Part shown: positions 27,200 to 35,681 of the stretch, piece after piece
Layout of the letters: every line of letters starts with the position of its first letter
Position numbering within the stretch: the first letter of the stretch is position 1
IMG/VR virus record: IMGVR_UViG_3300048928_000639
Span: 4,045 to 68,044 of that record
Origin: a virus
Strand: one strand, 5' to 3'
Length of the DNA stretch: 64,000 nucleotides
Notes under the pieces: model-generated
Databases searched by the model: none
Seen by the model: the letters and a program-made list of their open reading frames with translations, nothing else
Told to the model about the DNA's origin: nothing
Position numbers and translations under genes: made by a program

Positions 27200-27768
27200 A
27201 TCGTCTGTTCCTTCTTGAGGTCGGTTATGGACTTGGTCGGGTCGAATGTCCACGCATGGGCGCCGCGAGGCACCGAGCCGCGCAGCATGGCGAAGTGGCG
27301 GATGCCCGCCACGAAGTGGATCTTGGCGGTGCCGGCGCGCCAGTGGCCGCTGGCGTCCAGTTCCGACAGCGGCGTCTCGGCGAACAGGACCGCCTTGACG
27401 ATGCGCAGCGGGATGGTGTCGCAGAGGTCCGCGCGCCACGACTGGTACGCCTTGACCAGGTCGGAGGCGTGGGCCGCGATGTAGTCGGCGGTGTCGGGTC
27501 GGCGCGGACCGGTCGGCATGTCCGGTTCGGAGTCGCGCTGCACTGGCGTACCCATGGAGAAGTGATAGGCGGCGAGCAGGTCATCCGCCGCAGTCTCCTC
27601 GTAGACGTTCAGGGTGCCGGACCGCTTGATCTTGGCGTAGGGCGGCTCGCGCATGCGGCTTGGGGCGGGGCGGCCATTGGCACGCACTTCGGCGGCCCAT
27701 TTCTGATAGGCGCGCTTCTGCTTGCGCTCCTGCTTGGTCTTTTCGGCGGCGAGGCGGGGGTTATACAA
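27196..27768 (-). CDS. Putative late transcriptional regulator (DUF6456-like)
   Basis: PY..IKRSGTL...E.AA..L...IV.AV...L.E...W..G.AK...G...FA..RG pattern; upstream of packaging genes; TTG start assumed. Confidence 0.5.
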   Translation of the reverse strand: MYNPRLAAEKTKQERKQKRAYQKWAAEVRANGRPAPSRMREPPYAKIKRSGTLNVYEETAADDLLAAYHFSMGTPVQRDSEPDMPTGPRRPDTADYIAAHASDLVKAYQSWRADLCDTIPLRIVKAVLFAETPLSELDASGHWRAGTAKIHFVAGIRHFAMLRGSVPRGAHAWTFDPTKSITDLKKEQTI

Positions 27769-28024
27769 GGGGCACCTCGCCGTTAGCCACGCGCGCGAAC
27801 GCATCGCCGCGTGCAATTGACTTAACACGGCTTGACCAGTGCGGACGGTCGCGCGGAACATTGCGGAACGCCTGTCGCTCGGCGTCGTCCCAGTTGCGGG
27901 CTTGAACGACCACCACGACATCGCGACTCGGATGGTCAAGGCTGCTGTCCTTGAGGTACGGGTGACGACCGCTCAGATGCATCGTTACGCTGAATGGATA
28001 TCGCTTGCGCTGGAACAGGCTCAC
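27761..28024 (-). CDS. Hypothetical protein
   Basis: Coupled ORF in operon. Confidence 0.5.
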   Translation of the reverse strand: MSLFQRKRYPFSVTMHLSGRHPYLKDSSLDHPSRDVVVVVQARNWDDAERQAFRNVPRDRPHWSSRVKSIARGDAFARVANGEVPLV

Positions 28025-28344
28025 TCGCCACCGCCTTGCCTAAGCGCATCCACCACCGCACCGACAATCGTCCCCGGCACGCCCGACGAATCGCGCGTCA
28101 GGGTCTTGGCGATCGTCTCCATCGGAGTGCCGTATTGCAGCGCCAGGGACAGCAACACCGCACCGTCTCGGGCGATGCTCTCGACCTGTTCACCGCTTTT
28201 GCCGCCATTGATGAACACTTCACCTATGCGACCGTCCGGATAGTAGCCGGCGGTGATCGTGTGGTTGCGATTGAACCCGCCGAACTCGACGTCGAACGTC
28301 TCGCAGTAACGGCGGTTGGGTAGGGCTTCGCGGCGGGAGGTCAT
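28021..28344 (-). CDS. Stand-alone TSCPD-like (RNR C-terminal) domain protein
   Basis: RREALPNRR..ETF...YYPDGRIGEVFI...AVLLSLALQYG. Confidence 0.7.
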   Translation of the reverse strand: MTSRREALPNRRYCETFDVEFGGFNRNHTITAGYYPDGRIGEVFINGGKSGEQVESIARDGAVLLSLALQYGTPMETIAKTLTRDSSGVPGTIVGAVVDALRQGGGE

Positions 28345-28721
28345 GGCGACACCGGCGGCGTGGGCAGAGGCATCCAGTGCGATGCATGGTGCACCCGGCA
28401 CTTTTCGCCGTTCTGCCATTCACCAAGGTTGTATCGGGCGACATCGGCGCACGAAAACTTCGTGTTGACGCCTGTGTTTTCCCAAACGAGAACCCACGTA
28501 CCGTCCTTCGGCGCCGTCTCGATCGGCTGCCATTTCGGGTCTCGACGCATCGCCAGTGCGTGCCAATCGCGCGCCAGTTTCACAAAGACAAACCCGCCGC
28601 AATTGATGCTGATGGCGCCGCTTACGGTGACGTGAACTGAATCGGCATAGGCTGCCCCAGCACCTTCATCGGGACCACGCCATAGTTCGCGGTCAGTGTT
28701 CTGGGCTGCTTGGTCGCTCAT
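28341..28721 (-). CDS. DUF551-like phage protein
   Basis: WQPIETAPKDG...SHWMPLPTPP. Confidence 0.7.
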   Translation of the reverse strand: MSDQAAQNTDRELWRGPDEGAGAAYADSVHVTVSGAISINCGGFVFVKLARDWHALAMRRDPKWQPIETAPKDGTWVLVWENTGVNTKFSCADVARYNLGEWQNGEKCRVHHASHWMPLPTPPVSP

Positions 28722-28945
28722 GACGCCACCCGCGCGCCCGGCGGCACACCGCCGACCATATTGCTCCGAACGCCATACGAGCCGCCGACCGTGCCGGGCA
28801 GTTCGTACCGCTCAACCCGCACCTTGGCGTAGCCGCGCTTGACCCAGTAGTCGGTCAGGTGGCGGCAGAGCGCGTCGGCGCCGCTGCGGGTGGTGAGGTC
28901 GGCACCGGCGAGGGGGTGCTTGCGGTCGCGTTTGAATTTGGTCAC
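28718..28945 (-). CDS. Hypothetical protein
   Basis: RBS; YW.KRGY...YGVRSNMVGGVP. Confidence 0.6.
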   Translation of the reverse strand: MTKFKRDRKHPLAGADLTTRSGADALCRHLTDYWVKRGYAKVRVERYELPGTVGGSYGVRSNMVGGVPPGARVAS

Positions 28946-28980
28946 GGGCGCTCCTGATTGCTGGAGCGACGGTGCCTTAA

Positions 28981-29003
28981 TTAATCTTGAGAGTCAAGAT
29001 AAA
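28981..29003 (-). promoter_or_regulatory. 23-bp dyad promoter/operator copy
   Basis: ttaatcttgagagtcaagataaa. Confidence 0.8.
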
Positions 29004-29012
29004 AGTGCAGGG

Positions 29013-29303
29013 CTAGTAGGGAGGCGGCGGTACCACCACGGCCCGCTCCGCCCTCAACCTATACACGTACTGCGCCGAACAGCCCACCAGCATCGCGACC
29101 GTCCCCGCATCATACGCCGCCAGTTCCTGCACGCGCCGGCGCACCTTACTGCTCCGGGTACGCGGCGCCCTGGAGCGGCCGGGGCGGTGCTGGCGCAGCG
29201 CGGCGTAGACCGTGGATAGGCTAGTGGCGAGGTGGGTCGCTATGGCGGCAGGCGTGTTGCCGGCGTCGTGTAGGGATAGGATTTGGGGCAGGTGGGGTGT
29301 CAC
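29013..29303 (-). CDS. Small double-HTH protein ending VPPPPY
   Basis: AAIATHLATSLSTVY and GTVAMLVGCSAQYVYR HTH-like segments. Confidence 0.65.
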   Translation of the reverse strand: MTPHLPQILSLHDAGNTPAAIATHLATSLSTVYAALRQHRPGRSRAPRTRSSKVRRRVQELAAYDAGTVAMLVGCSAQYVYRLRAERAVVVPPPPY

Positions 29304-29470
29304 TCCGCCACCGCCTTTCGCTTCACGGGGCGAACCAAGATGTTTTTGCTGTTCATCGAACGAGCGATCTTCATGGCTTCTGTCTTGGAGACACCAGTCA
29401 GCACAACATCGTCACCTTTCGGGGCGAGGGTGTTGTAAACTTCGTACTTCTGGGTGCTGCTGCGGGTCAT
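29300..29470 (-). CDS. Small hypothetical protein (56 aa)
   Basis: MTRSSTQKYEVYN...KAVAE, follows dyad promoter, GTGA-coupled to next ORF. Confidence 0.55.
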   Translation of the reverse strand: MTRSSTQKYEVYNTLAPKGDDVVLTGVSKTEAMKIARSMNSKNILVRPVKRKAVAE

Positions 29471-29515
29471 TTGCGTCGTCCGGTTCGGCGTTTCGATGTA
29501 CTCACCCTAATGACT

Positions 29516-29538
29516 GGAATCATGAGAGTCAACATTAA
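29516..29538 (-). promoter_or_regulatory. 23-bp dyad promoter/operator copy
   Basis: ggaatcatgagagtcaacattaa; TTGACT-17-TAGGGT. Confidence 0.75.
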
Positions 29539-29562
29539 TTCGCAACTGTCGTGCAAACTAAT

Positions 29563-31179
29563 TCACACCACCAGGCTCGGCATCGGCACCACCATACTAC
29601 GCCCGTCAACACCAACTTGTAACACTGAAGTCCGCGACAGCCCATTCGGGATCAAAATGCCCACCACCTCGCCGTCCACCACCCGCAGCCACTTCGCCTT
29701 GTCCGCGAACGGCAGCAGCGTCGCCGGCAAGCTGTGCCGCTCTGAGGCTGTGTCCACCTCGCCGGTGCTGTAGCCCTTGCGCACAGCCGCCCAGCCGCCC
29801 TCACGATCGACGTTCTTGGCGAAGCTGCTGATGAGGGCCGCACCAGATGGGGTTTCCAGCAGCGCCTGTGGCTTGCGTTCCGTATCGCCCCCACCGGTGC
29901 GCATGTCGTAATTACACGAGGGACAGTCCAGCACGCCCTTCTGCACCGGTTCGAGACAGGCGGGGCAGAGTTTGGTCATCGGTTCGTCGCAGGACCAGCA
30001 GCGCATGGCTGCGACGGGCACGCGGGCGGAGCAGTCGCACGAGACGAACGCGACCTTGGATTCCTTCGGGCGAATAAAATCAAGAGGACCAAATTCTTCA
30101 CAGTTCCCAGAAAAATCAAGTAGCAAGCCGTCTGCTTTACCGCGGCGAATCGATTCCTCAATGTTGCCGCCGACTGTGCGCAAAAGACGACCGACGATCT
30201 GTATCCACAAACTCAGCGACTTCGTTCGACGTCGACATACAAGCATGTCGATTTCCTGGACGTCGAACCCCGTGGTCAAGCATTCCACATTCACGATTGC
30301 GCGAATCCTGCCGCTGCGCAGCGCCTCGACGGTGTTGTAGCGATTCAGCGCGTCTGCTTTGGTGCGGTCACCGAGCACCAACCCGGTCGGAATACCCCAC
30401 TCGTTCATGCGCTTGTGCATGGCGATGGCTGCCTTACGACTTGCCTCGAACACGAGCCACGACCTGCGTTCACGACCATAGTGCAGCATCTGTGGTATGT
30501 GCTGGTCAATCGCCGCGATCATCTGTTTATCTTGCGATGCGCCTGTGTAGTCGCCCTGAACGACAGCCAGCTTCGATGCGTCCATGGTGTCGTCGAGCGT
30601 CGCGGAGTAGGGGGCTACCAAGTAGCCATCGCGAATGCCGTCGACAATACCGTAGCGGTAGACGATCCTGTCATAGGGTGCGCCTTCGCCGTCGACTATT
30701 GGCCCGCCTTGTGTTCGCCAGGGGGTGCCTGTGCCGCCGTTGATTCGGATATCGCCGAGTCCGCGACGTAATGTCTGCAGCATGCCAGAAGACCCGAACT
30801 GACTCAGATGCGCCTCATCCTCCTGGAGAAGCGTGATCGGACCAAATGAGTTTGCAAAGTTATAAACGCTCTGGATCGATGCTGAGATCATCGGGCCGCG
30901 CCACGTTCGCTCGCCAAGGGCTGCGGAGTTGATACCTACGGTGATGCCGAGTTCGGTCCCTGCCTTGGCAATTTGTCCAACGAGTTCACGAGTAGGAGCA
31001 ACAGTCAGAACGCGACCGCCGCGCTCAATCTCCCGTTTGCCGATCAGACCGTAGGTGTGCGACTTGCCAGAACCCACACACATATCCATGACAGTTCGTT
31101 TGATACCAGACTGCCATGCGGCCTCGACAGCGTCGGCGGCTTCGACTTGATGGGGGCGGTAGTTGAATTCTTTTATCAT
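29563..31179 (-). CDS. Superfamily II DEAH helicase with C-terminal zinc ribbons (RadD/YejH-like)
   Basis: GSGKS, DEAH, TGTP, LTTGFD, QIVGRLLR, CxxC clusters. Confidence 0.92.
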   Translation of the reverse strand: MIKEFNYRPHQVEAADAVEAAWQSGIKRTVMDMCVGSGKSHTYGLIGKREIERGGRVLTVAPTRELVGQIAKAGTELGITVGINSAALGERTWRGPMISASIQSVYNFANSFGPITLLQEDEAHLSQFGSSGMLQTLRRGLGDIRINGGTGTPWRTQGGPIVDGEGAPYDRIVYRYGIVDGIRDGYLVAPYSATLDDTMDASKLAVVQGDYTGASQDKQMIAAIDQHIPQMLHYGRERRSWLVFEASRKAAIAMHKRMNEWGIPTGLVLGDRTKADALNRYNTVEALRSGRIRAIVNVECLTTGFDVQEIDMLVCRRRTKSLSLWIQIVGRLLRTVGGNIEESIRRGKADGLLLDFSGNCEEFGPLDFIRPKESKVAFVSCDCSARVPVAAMRCWSCDEPMTKLCPACLEPVQKGVLDCPSCNYDMRTGGGDTERKPQALLETPSGAALISSFAKNVDREGGWAAVRKGYSTGEVDTASERHSLPATLLPFADKAKWLRVVDGEVVGILIPNGLSRTSVLQVGVDGRSMVVPMPSLVV

Positions 31180-32129
31180 GCGACACGCGAGTAGGTTTCG
31201 CCTGCCAACAGTCGGCGAATCTGCGACAGGTTTCGAGCGCCGACCTTCTCTGCAATAGCCGCCGCGTCATGCCCCATTGACGACAAGAACCGAGCGTCAC
31301 GAATTTGCTGTGGCTTCAGGCGGTCCTCGGCAGCGCACATGACGCGCTCGGCATAGCTGGCGTCTAGCCAATTCGCGGCAGCCATCGGGTTCGGTAGCCC
31401 TTTGCGGGTTACGCGCTCAAAGAAGCGATTGATGATCGCCTGCCTGTCGTCCGGTACAACCCGTTCATTCTTGCTGATTGCGCCGATGCTGCGGAGATAC
31501 GCAAGCCCCTTGTTTCCGCCTGGGACCATGTTCAACCCGAGTGGGTAGAGCGAATCGCTCGCGACGTAGGCTTCCTCCATGTCCAAGGCTGTCTGCTCCG
31601 TCAAACCACATGCGACGATCAGATGATGCGACATGATATTCGCGGCGCCATGGTACTGGCGAATGGCTCGGTGAAAGCGATAATGTGACCCTGAATCGGC
31701 ACCGCGCAGATGCTCGCCCCATCGTGTCCGCCATCCGCGTTTAGTGATGCCGGTATAGATCGCACCTTCGATGGGCGTGGCATCGCCGATCGTGACGAAC
31801 TGATGTTGGTAGAGTTGATAGCAGCCCGAGCGGTCTTGCGTACCCGTCAAAACCATCCACAGCGGTAACGCCGTCACTTCCACGAAGTCAGCCTGCTTGA
31901 CGAAAATGCTAAGCGTAATTTGATCGGACGGTCTCACCTCGGGAGAGGGGATAAACGTTGCGCAGAACTCCTGCGTGTTATCGTCGATGCGGACCTGCAG
32001 GTTGCCAGTTGGCATTGGCTCGTCAGGGCGCAAATCCCAGTTGTTGAGAACGTGATCGATAAATCCGACGTAACCGCGCCCGAGGCCGGTAACATGGCGG
32101 AATAGGTCGCGGTCTACGCTTCGCATCAT
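31176..32129 (-). CDS. GIY-YIG-like nuclease domain protein
   Basis: YTGIT.R....RW.EH...FHRAIRQY...E...GLNM..GG. Confidence 0.6.
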   Translation of the reverse strand: MMRSVDRDLFRHVTGLGRGYVGFIDHVLNNWDLRPDEPMPTGNLQVRIDDNTQEFCATFIPSPEVRPSDQITLSIFVKQADFVEVTALPLWMVLTGTQDRSGCYQLYQHQFVTIGDATPIEGAIYTGITKRGWRTRWGEHLRGADSGSHYRFHRAIRQYHGAANIMSHHLIVACGLTEQTALDMEEAYVASDSLYPLGLNMVPGGNKGLAYLRSIGAISKNERVVPDDRQAIINRFFERVTRKGLPNPMAAANWLDASYAERVMCAAEDRLKPQQIRDARFLSSMGHDAAAIAEKVGARNLSQIRRLLAGETYSRVA

Positions 32130-32159
32130 CGCTCTCCTGCTGCCCGCACAATGGCGAAT

Positions 32160-32182
32160 GCAACCGTGAGAGTCAACATTAA
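32160..32182 (-). promoter_or_regulatory. 23-bp dyad promoter/operator copy
   Basis: gcaaccgtgagagtcaacattaa. Confidence 0.75.
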
Positions 32183-32317
32183 TTAGTAAGGAGGCGGTGG
32201 CACCTCAGCAGCCAACAACTCCACCAATATCTCCAACTGCTCCGCGGTCAGCAGATAGTGCGGGGGATCGCCGAGCACCGTGGCGCCGGCCTCGATTGCG
32301 GCTTGGTCAATGGTCAC
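32183..32317 (-). CDS. Small protein ending VPPPPY (start uncertain, up to 32383)
   Basis: ORF track; GTG at 32317 overlaps end of upstream ORF. Confidence 0.5.
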   Translation of the reverse strand: MTIDQAAIEAGATVLGDPPHYLLTAEQLEILVELLAAEVPPPPY

Positions 32318-32459
32318 GGTGACAATCCGCGACCGCCGCAGCGGTCCAGCCCCAGTGCGGCTTGGCGCAACCTGCGACGTCACTGGTACGAACCGCGGGG
32401 TCGTCGCAGGAGCAGAGCAGGAGGGCGGCGAGGGTGAGTAACGTGGCCAGTTTGATCAC
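32307..32459 (-). CDS. Small putative lipoprotein (50 aa)
   Basis: MIKLATLLTLAALLLCS-CDD: signal peptide with lipobox-like Cys. Confidence 0.5.
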   Translation of the reverse strand: MIKLATLLTLAALLLCSCDDPAVRTSDVAGCAKPHWGWTAAAVADCHRDH

Positions 32460-32779
32460 GCCGCAATCCTTTCCTGTACTGAGACATTAACCAACATCGC
32501 CGCGGTTGGCTTCACCCGCCCCAACGCAACGGCAGCCTCTTTGCGCCGCACCTCGGATCGCATAGCGAAGTCGATATGCAACTTGAACCGCTGCATCTTC
32601 TGCCCGAACCCCTTGGGCATCGGTCCGACCCAACTGGACTTCGGCAGCCACTGGTCGCCGTTGACCGCGACAGGGCGCCAGCGAAACGTCTTGGTCACGC
32701 GACCCGCCTTGACGCGGACGATCACATGCCATTCGTGTGCATCCAGGATGATACTTGGGGAGCGGTAGAGGGTTGTCAT
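32456..32779 (-). CDS. Hypothetical protein
   Basis: MTTLYRSP start coupled to upstream ORF. Confidence 0.55.
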   Translation of the reverse strand: MTTLYRSPSIILDAHEWHVIVRVKAGRVTKTFRWRPVAVNGDQWLPKSSWVGPMPKGFGQKMQRFKLHIDFAMRSEVRRKEAAVALGRVKPTAAMLVNVSVQERIAA

Positions 32780-33173
32780 GACTTCGGCTCCGCGCGTACC
32801 GCAAAAGCTCGGACTGAACCGAACACCACCGCGGTAGGTGGCGTCATGGTTGAATGGCATCGACGCGGGTCGCACCAAGTTTGCGTGCCAATGTAGTCGA
32901 TAAACTCTCGATGCTTTTGCGGGACTGGTGCGCCTTCGGGAAGAATACTCCAAGGCAATCCAGCGTTCGGCCCAAAACGATCAGGCTTCGGCGGGTCGAT
33001 GCGAACCCCCGCGTCAGTGAAACCGTAACGCTTCGTGGCACTCACTTGCCCAACTCCCGTGCCACTTGATCCGCTTCCGCCCACGCGACACCGGCACCGA
33101 GCAGCAGGGTCAACAGATATTGATAGGTGCGAGGCATCGTGGGCTCCCGTTTAGTTGCTGCTACCGTATCGAA

Positions 33174-33196
33174 TTAATCATGAGAGTCAAGATAAA
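33174..33196 (-). promoter_or_regulatory. 23-bp dyad promoter/operator copy
   Basis: ttaatcatgagagtcaagataaa; TTGACT-16-TACGGT. Confidence 0.8.
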
Positions 33197-33350
33197 TAAT
33201 CAGGAGCGAGAGCCGAAACGTACCCCTCGACCTCATCGGGCACCAACTCCACCTCGCGCGGGCAGACCTGCTCGTCATCGGCGTCCCAGACGCGCCGGCA
33301 TGCGACGCAACGGATCTGATTGTCGCGGGTGGGGCGGGCTTGGCAGGTCA

Positions 33351-33791
33351 TCACCAGCCGACCTTGAGCGACATGACGCGCCCGTATGTGCCATCGTTGT
33401 GCAGCATCGACGCTTTGATCGCGTCTTTCGGATGAGCACCTACGAACATAGCGCCGAGCGCGACTTCGCGACCAGATCCGATCGCATGATACGGTGCCTT
33501 AACCACGTAATCGCGGGTGTGCCCCTTGTGGCTTTCATACAGTGTCACCTTGCGCCTGCTGGTGATCACCATGGCACAACTGAACGCTGTCTCTGGCGGA
33601 ATATGCGGCTGTTCACCTCCGTTTTTGAACCACTCCAAGAACGCCACGATCCACCACGCAGCGCCCGCGGCACCAGCGACCGCACCGTCCTCGCGTTTGG
33701 CAATCTTCTCGATTTGGGCGTCACGCAGACCGTTGTCAGTCAGGCCAGTGTCGGCTGCGATGATGCCCGAACGATAGGCGATCGTGGTCAT
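33351..33791 (-). CDS. Proteasome-beta/HslV-like Ntn peptidase
   Basis: M-TTI N-terminal Thr nucleophile, AADT, EKI, AIGSG...ALGAM. Confidence 0.75.
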   Translation of the reverse strand: MTTIAYRSGIIAADTGLTDNGLRDAQIEKIAKREDGAVAGAAGAAWWIVAFLEWFKNGGEQPHIPPETAFSCAMVITSRRKVTLYESHKGHTRDYVVKAPYHAIGSGREVALGAMFVGAHPKDAIKASMLHNDGTYGRVMSLKVGW

Positions 33792-34318
33792 GCTGCATGC
33801 GCCTTTGCCAAAACCGCCAATGCAGCATTCGCAGCCCGCGTCTGCGCGAGCGCGTCGTTCAGCGCTACATGCGGTGGTGGGACTGCATATTCCTTCGGGT
33901 TGATGCCGGCGAGGTCATACAGCGTCCTTGTGTCGCGCAGGTTCCAGAACTTCCATGGGGGTTCGCGGCCGGTCGCATCGTAGAGCGCGGTCAGCATCGG
34001 GCCGTCAAACGACGCGCCGTGCGCCCAGATCAGCGGATCCGCGCCGCCGCTGGCCCAATTGATCCAACTGGAGAGGTAGTCGAGCGCGGTGCCGACGGGC
34101 AGGGGATTAGACGTCGCGGCGGCCCATGCGGCGCGATCCTGTTGTGCCCACCACGCTTCGGTCTTGGGGGCGATCGTCAACCCGAGCGCCTGCTGCTCCG
34201 AAATGTTGAGGTTGATGGAGCAATGCGCCTCGTCACTGAAGCGGACCAGTGCAACGGACATCACGACGCCGCCGGGGCGGGTCGATAGCGTTTCGCTGTC
34301 GAGCATCAGGTGGGTCAT
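33788..34318 (-). CDS. DEDDh 3'-5' exonuclease (Rv2179c-like)
   Basis: HLMLDSETL, GASFD, RDTRT, H.ALNDA..Q. Confidence 0.85.
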   Translation of the reverse strand: MTHLMLDSETLSTRPGGVVMSVALVRFSDEAHCSINLNISEQQALGLTIAPKTEAWWAQQDRAAWAAATSNPLPVGTALDYLSSWINWASGGADPLIWAHGASFDGPMLTALYDATGREPPWKFWNLRDTRTLYDLAGINPKEYAVPPPHVALNDALAQTRAANAALAVLAKAHAA

Positions 34319-34592
34319 TTGGTATCCTCTGGCACTGCGCCGAATTGATTGAGCACGCGCGCCATGTGCTCGCCGGTTGTCGGCTCACTGGTGAAGCCGT
34401 CTTGCAGACTAGCCAAGATGAATTTGCCCGGCGCGCTGCTCATGCGCCCGATCAAGTTGCGCTCGCCATGACGTGTTGGCATGATCGCGATACAACCGGG
34501 CCGAATGTCGGCAGCTGTCCAGTTATAGGTCATCTCAAACACTCCTCTATGCGTCGCAGAACGGCGCGCGGGTCAGTCATGGGTCGGTGGTG

Positions 34593-35024
34593 CTAGTTGT
34601 CGAACCAGAACACGATCCGATATTCGGACAGATCACCTTCGTCGTCCTCGACATCGAACCAATACGAGGCCGGATACTTGGCCTGATAGCTCTCGATGTC
34701 GAGTGGCGCTTCTTGCGCATATCGAACCGTGTTGTAGAGCTTCGCGGCCTCGTCGAGCGCCATCCACGAATGCGAATGTCCGTCACCGTTCCAATCCGCG
34801 ACGTGATACTTGGTCAGCGCACTACAGTCGTCGGGCAGCCCTTTGGGCGACGGTCCCGGACCACGGACGCCAGCCATTGCCGCGAAGCGGAGATAGTGAC
34901 GTTCGGTTACGGCGGGGTAGCTGCGAGTGTCTTTGTAGCCGGACTGATGCCCGCGGAAGCTGTTGAGACCGAGCCAACCGTCGGCGGTCTTGCGCTCCAA
35001 TACCATGTGAATATCGCAACTCAT
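34593..35024 (-). CDS. Conserved-looking phage hypothetical protein
   Basis: MSCDIH...R.Y..FA..AGVR...GLP.D...HSHSW...RIVFWFDN. Confidence 0.75.
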   Translation of the reverse strand: MSCDIHMVLERKTADGWLGLNSFRGHQSGYKDTRSYPAVTERHYLRFAAMAGVRGPGPSPKGLPDDCSALTKYHVADWNGDGHSHSWMALDEAAKLYNTVRYAQEAPLDIESYQAKYPASYWFDVEDDEGDLSEYRIVFWFDN

Positions 35025-35059
35025 GTCGCTCTCCTTTGATCTGTCGCCACCGTATCGAA

Positions 35060-35082
35060 CTAATCGTGAGAGTCAACAATAA
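35060..35082 (-). promoter_or_regulatory. 23-bp dyad promoter/operator copy
   Basis: ctaatcgtgagagtcaacaataa; TTGACT-16-TACGGT. Confidence 0.8.
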
Positions 35083-35291
35083 TCAGCGCGAAGGTAGCTT
35101 TGGTCGCGAATAGTGCCAACCCGTCGCTTTTGACCCTGCCTTCTCCAACCACCGCGCGTGGTCTTTCGCCCACACATCGGCACCGGTGACGTCGTTCCAT
35201 TCGATTCGACTGATCGCTTTGGCTGCCGCCGCTGTTGCCATGATAGCGTACAGGTTCTTGATTGCCTCATCGACGGCTTTGCTGCGTGTGG

Positions 35292-35681
35292 TCATACTGT
35301 CTCCTCGCACTTTGCCCCTGAGGTAGAACCCGCCATCCACGCATCCAGCGTCTCGAACACCTCGACCGTTGGCCAGTGGTGAAAGACGTTCTCCCGATAT
35401 CCGATGACAATCAGGCGCTTGCCACGGGCGAGACCGTAACCGAACTCGACATGCCGCCCGCCACCTGTGCTCGGTGTGCCACGCGGGAACGTGAACGACA
35501 CCACAGTGTCTGCGGCATCCACATCATCAAGATCGAGCACCGCGATCTGTTCGCGCGTCAGACCTTCCTCGCCGCCGAACACCCATCGCGCCGTAATGTC
35601 GTGGCCCGCTGCGATTAGCCGTTTAGCCACAGCCTCCATCTTCTCGCGGTCGCCGAACGGTGCGGCCAGATAGATTTTCAT
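35292..35681 (-). CDS. Nucleoside 2'-deoxyribosyltransferase family protein
   Basis: KIYLAAPF...DLDDVDAAD...G.HVEFGY.LA.GK. Confidence 0.8.
   Translation of the reverse strand: MKIYLAAPFGDREKMEAVAKRLIAAGHDITARWVFGGEEGLTREQIAVLDLDDVDAADTVVSFTFPRGTPSTGGGRHVEFGYGLARGKRLIVIGYRENVFHHWPTVEVFETLDAWMAGSTSGAKCEETV

Noticed and set aside
32186-32194. Perfect Shine-Dalgarno TAAGGAGG on the plus strand (also near 41407)
   Set aside because: It is the antisense of Pro-Pro-Tyr codons; no credible downstream plus-strand ORF
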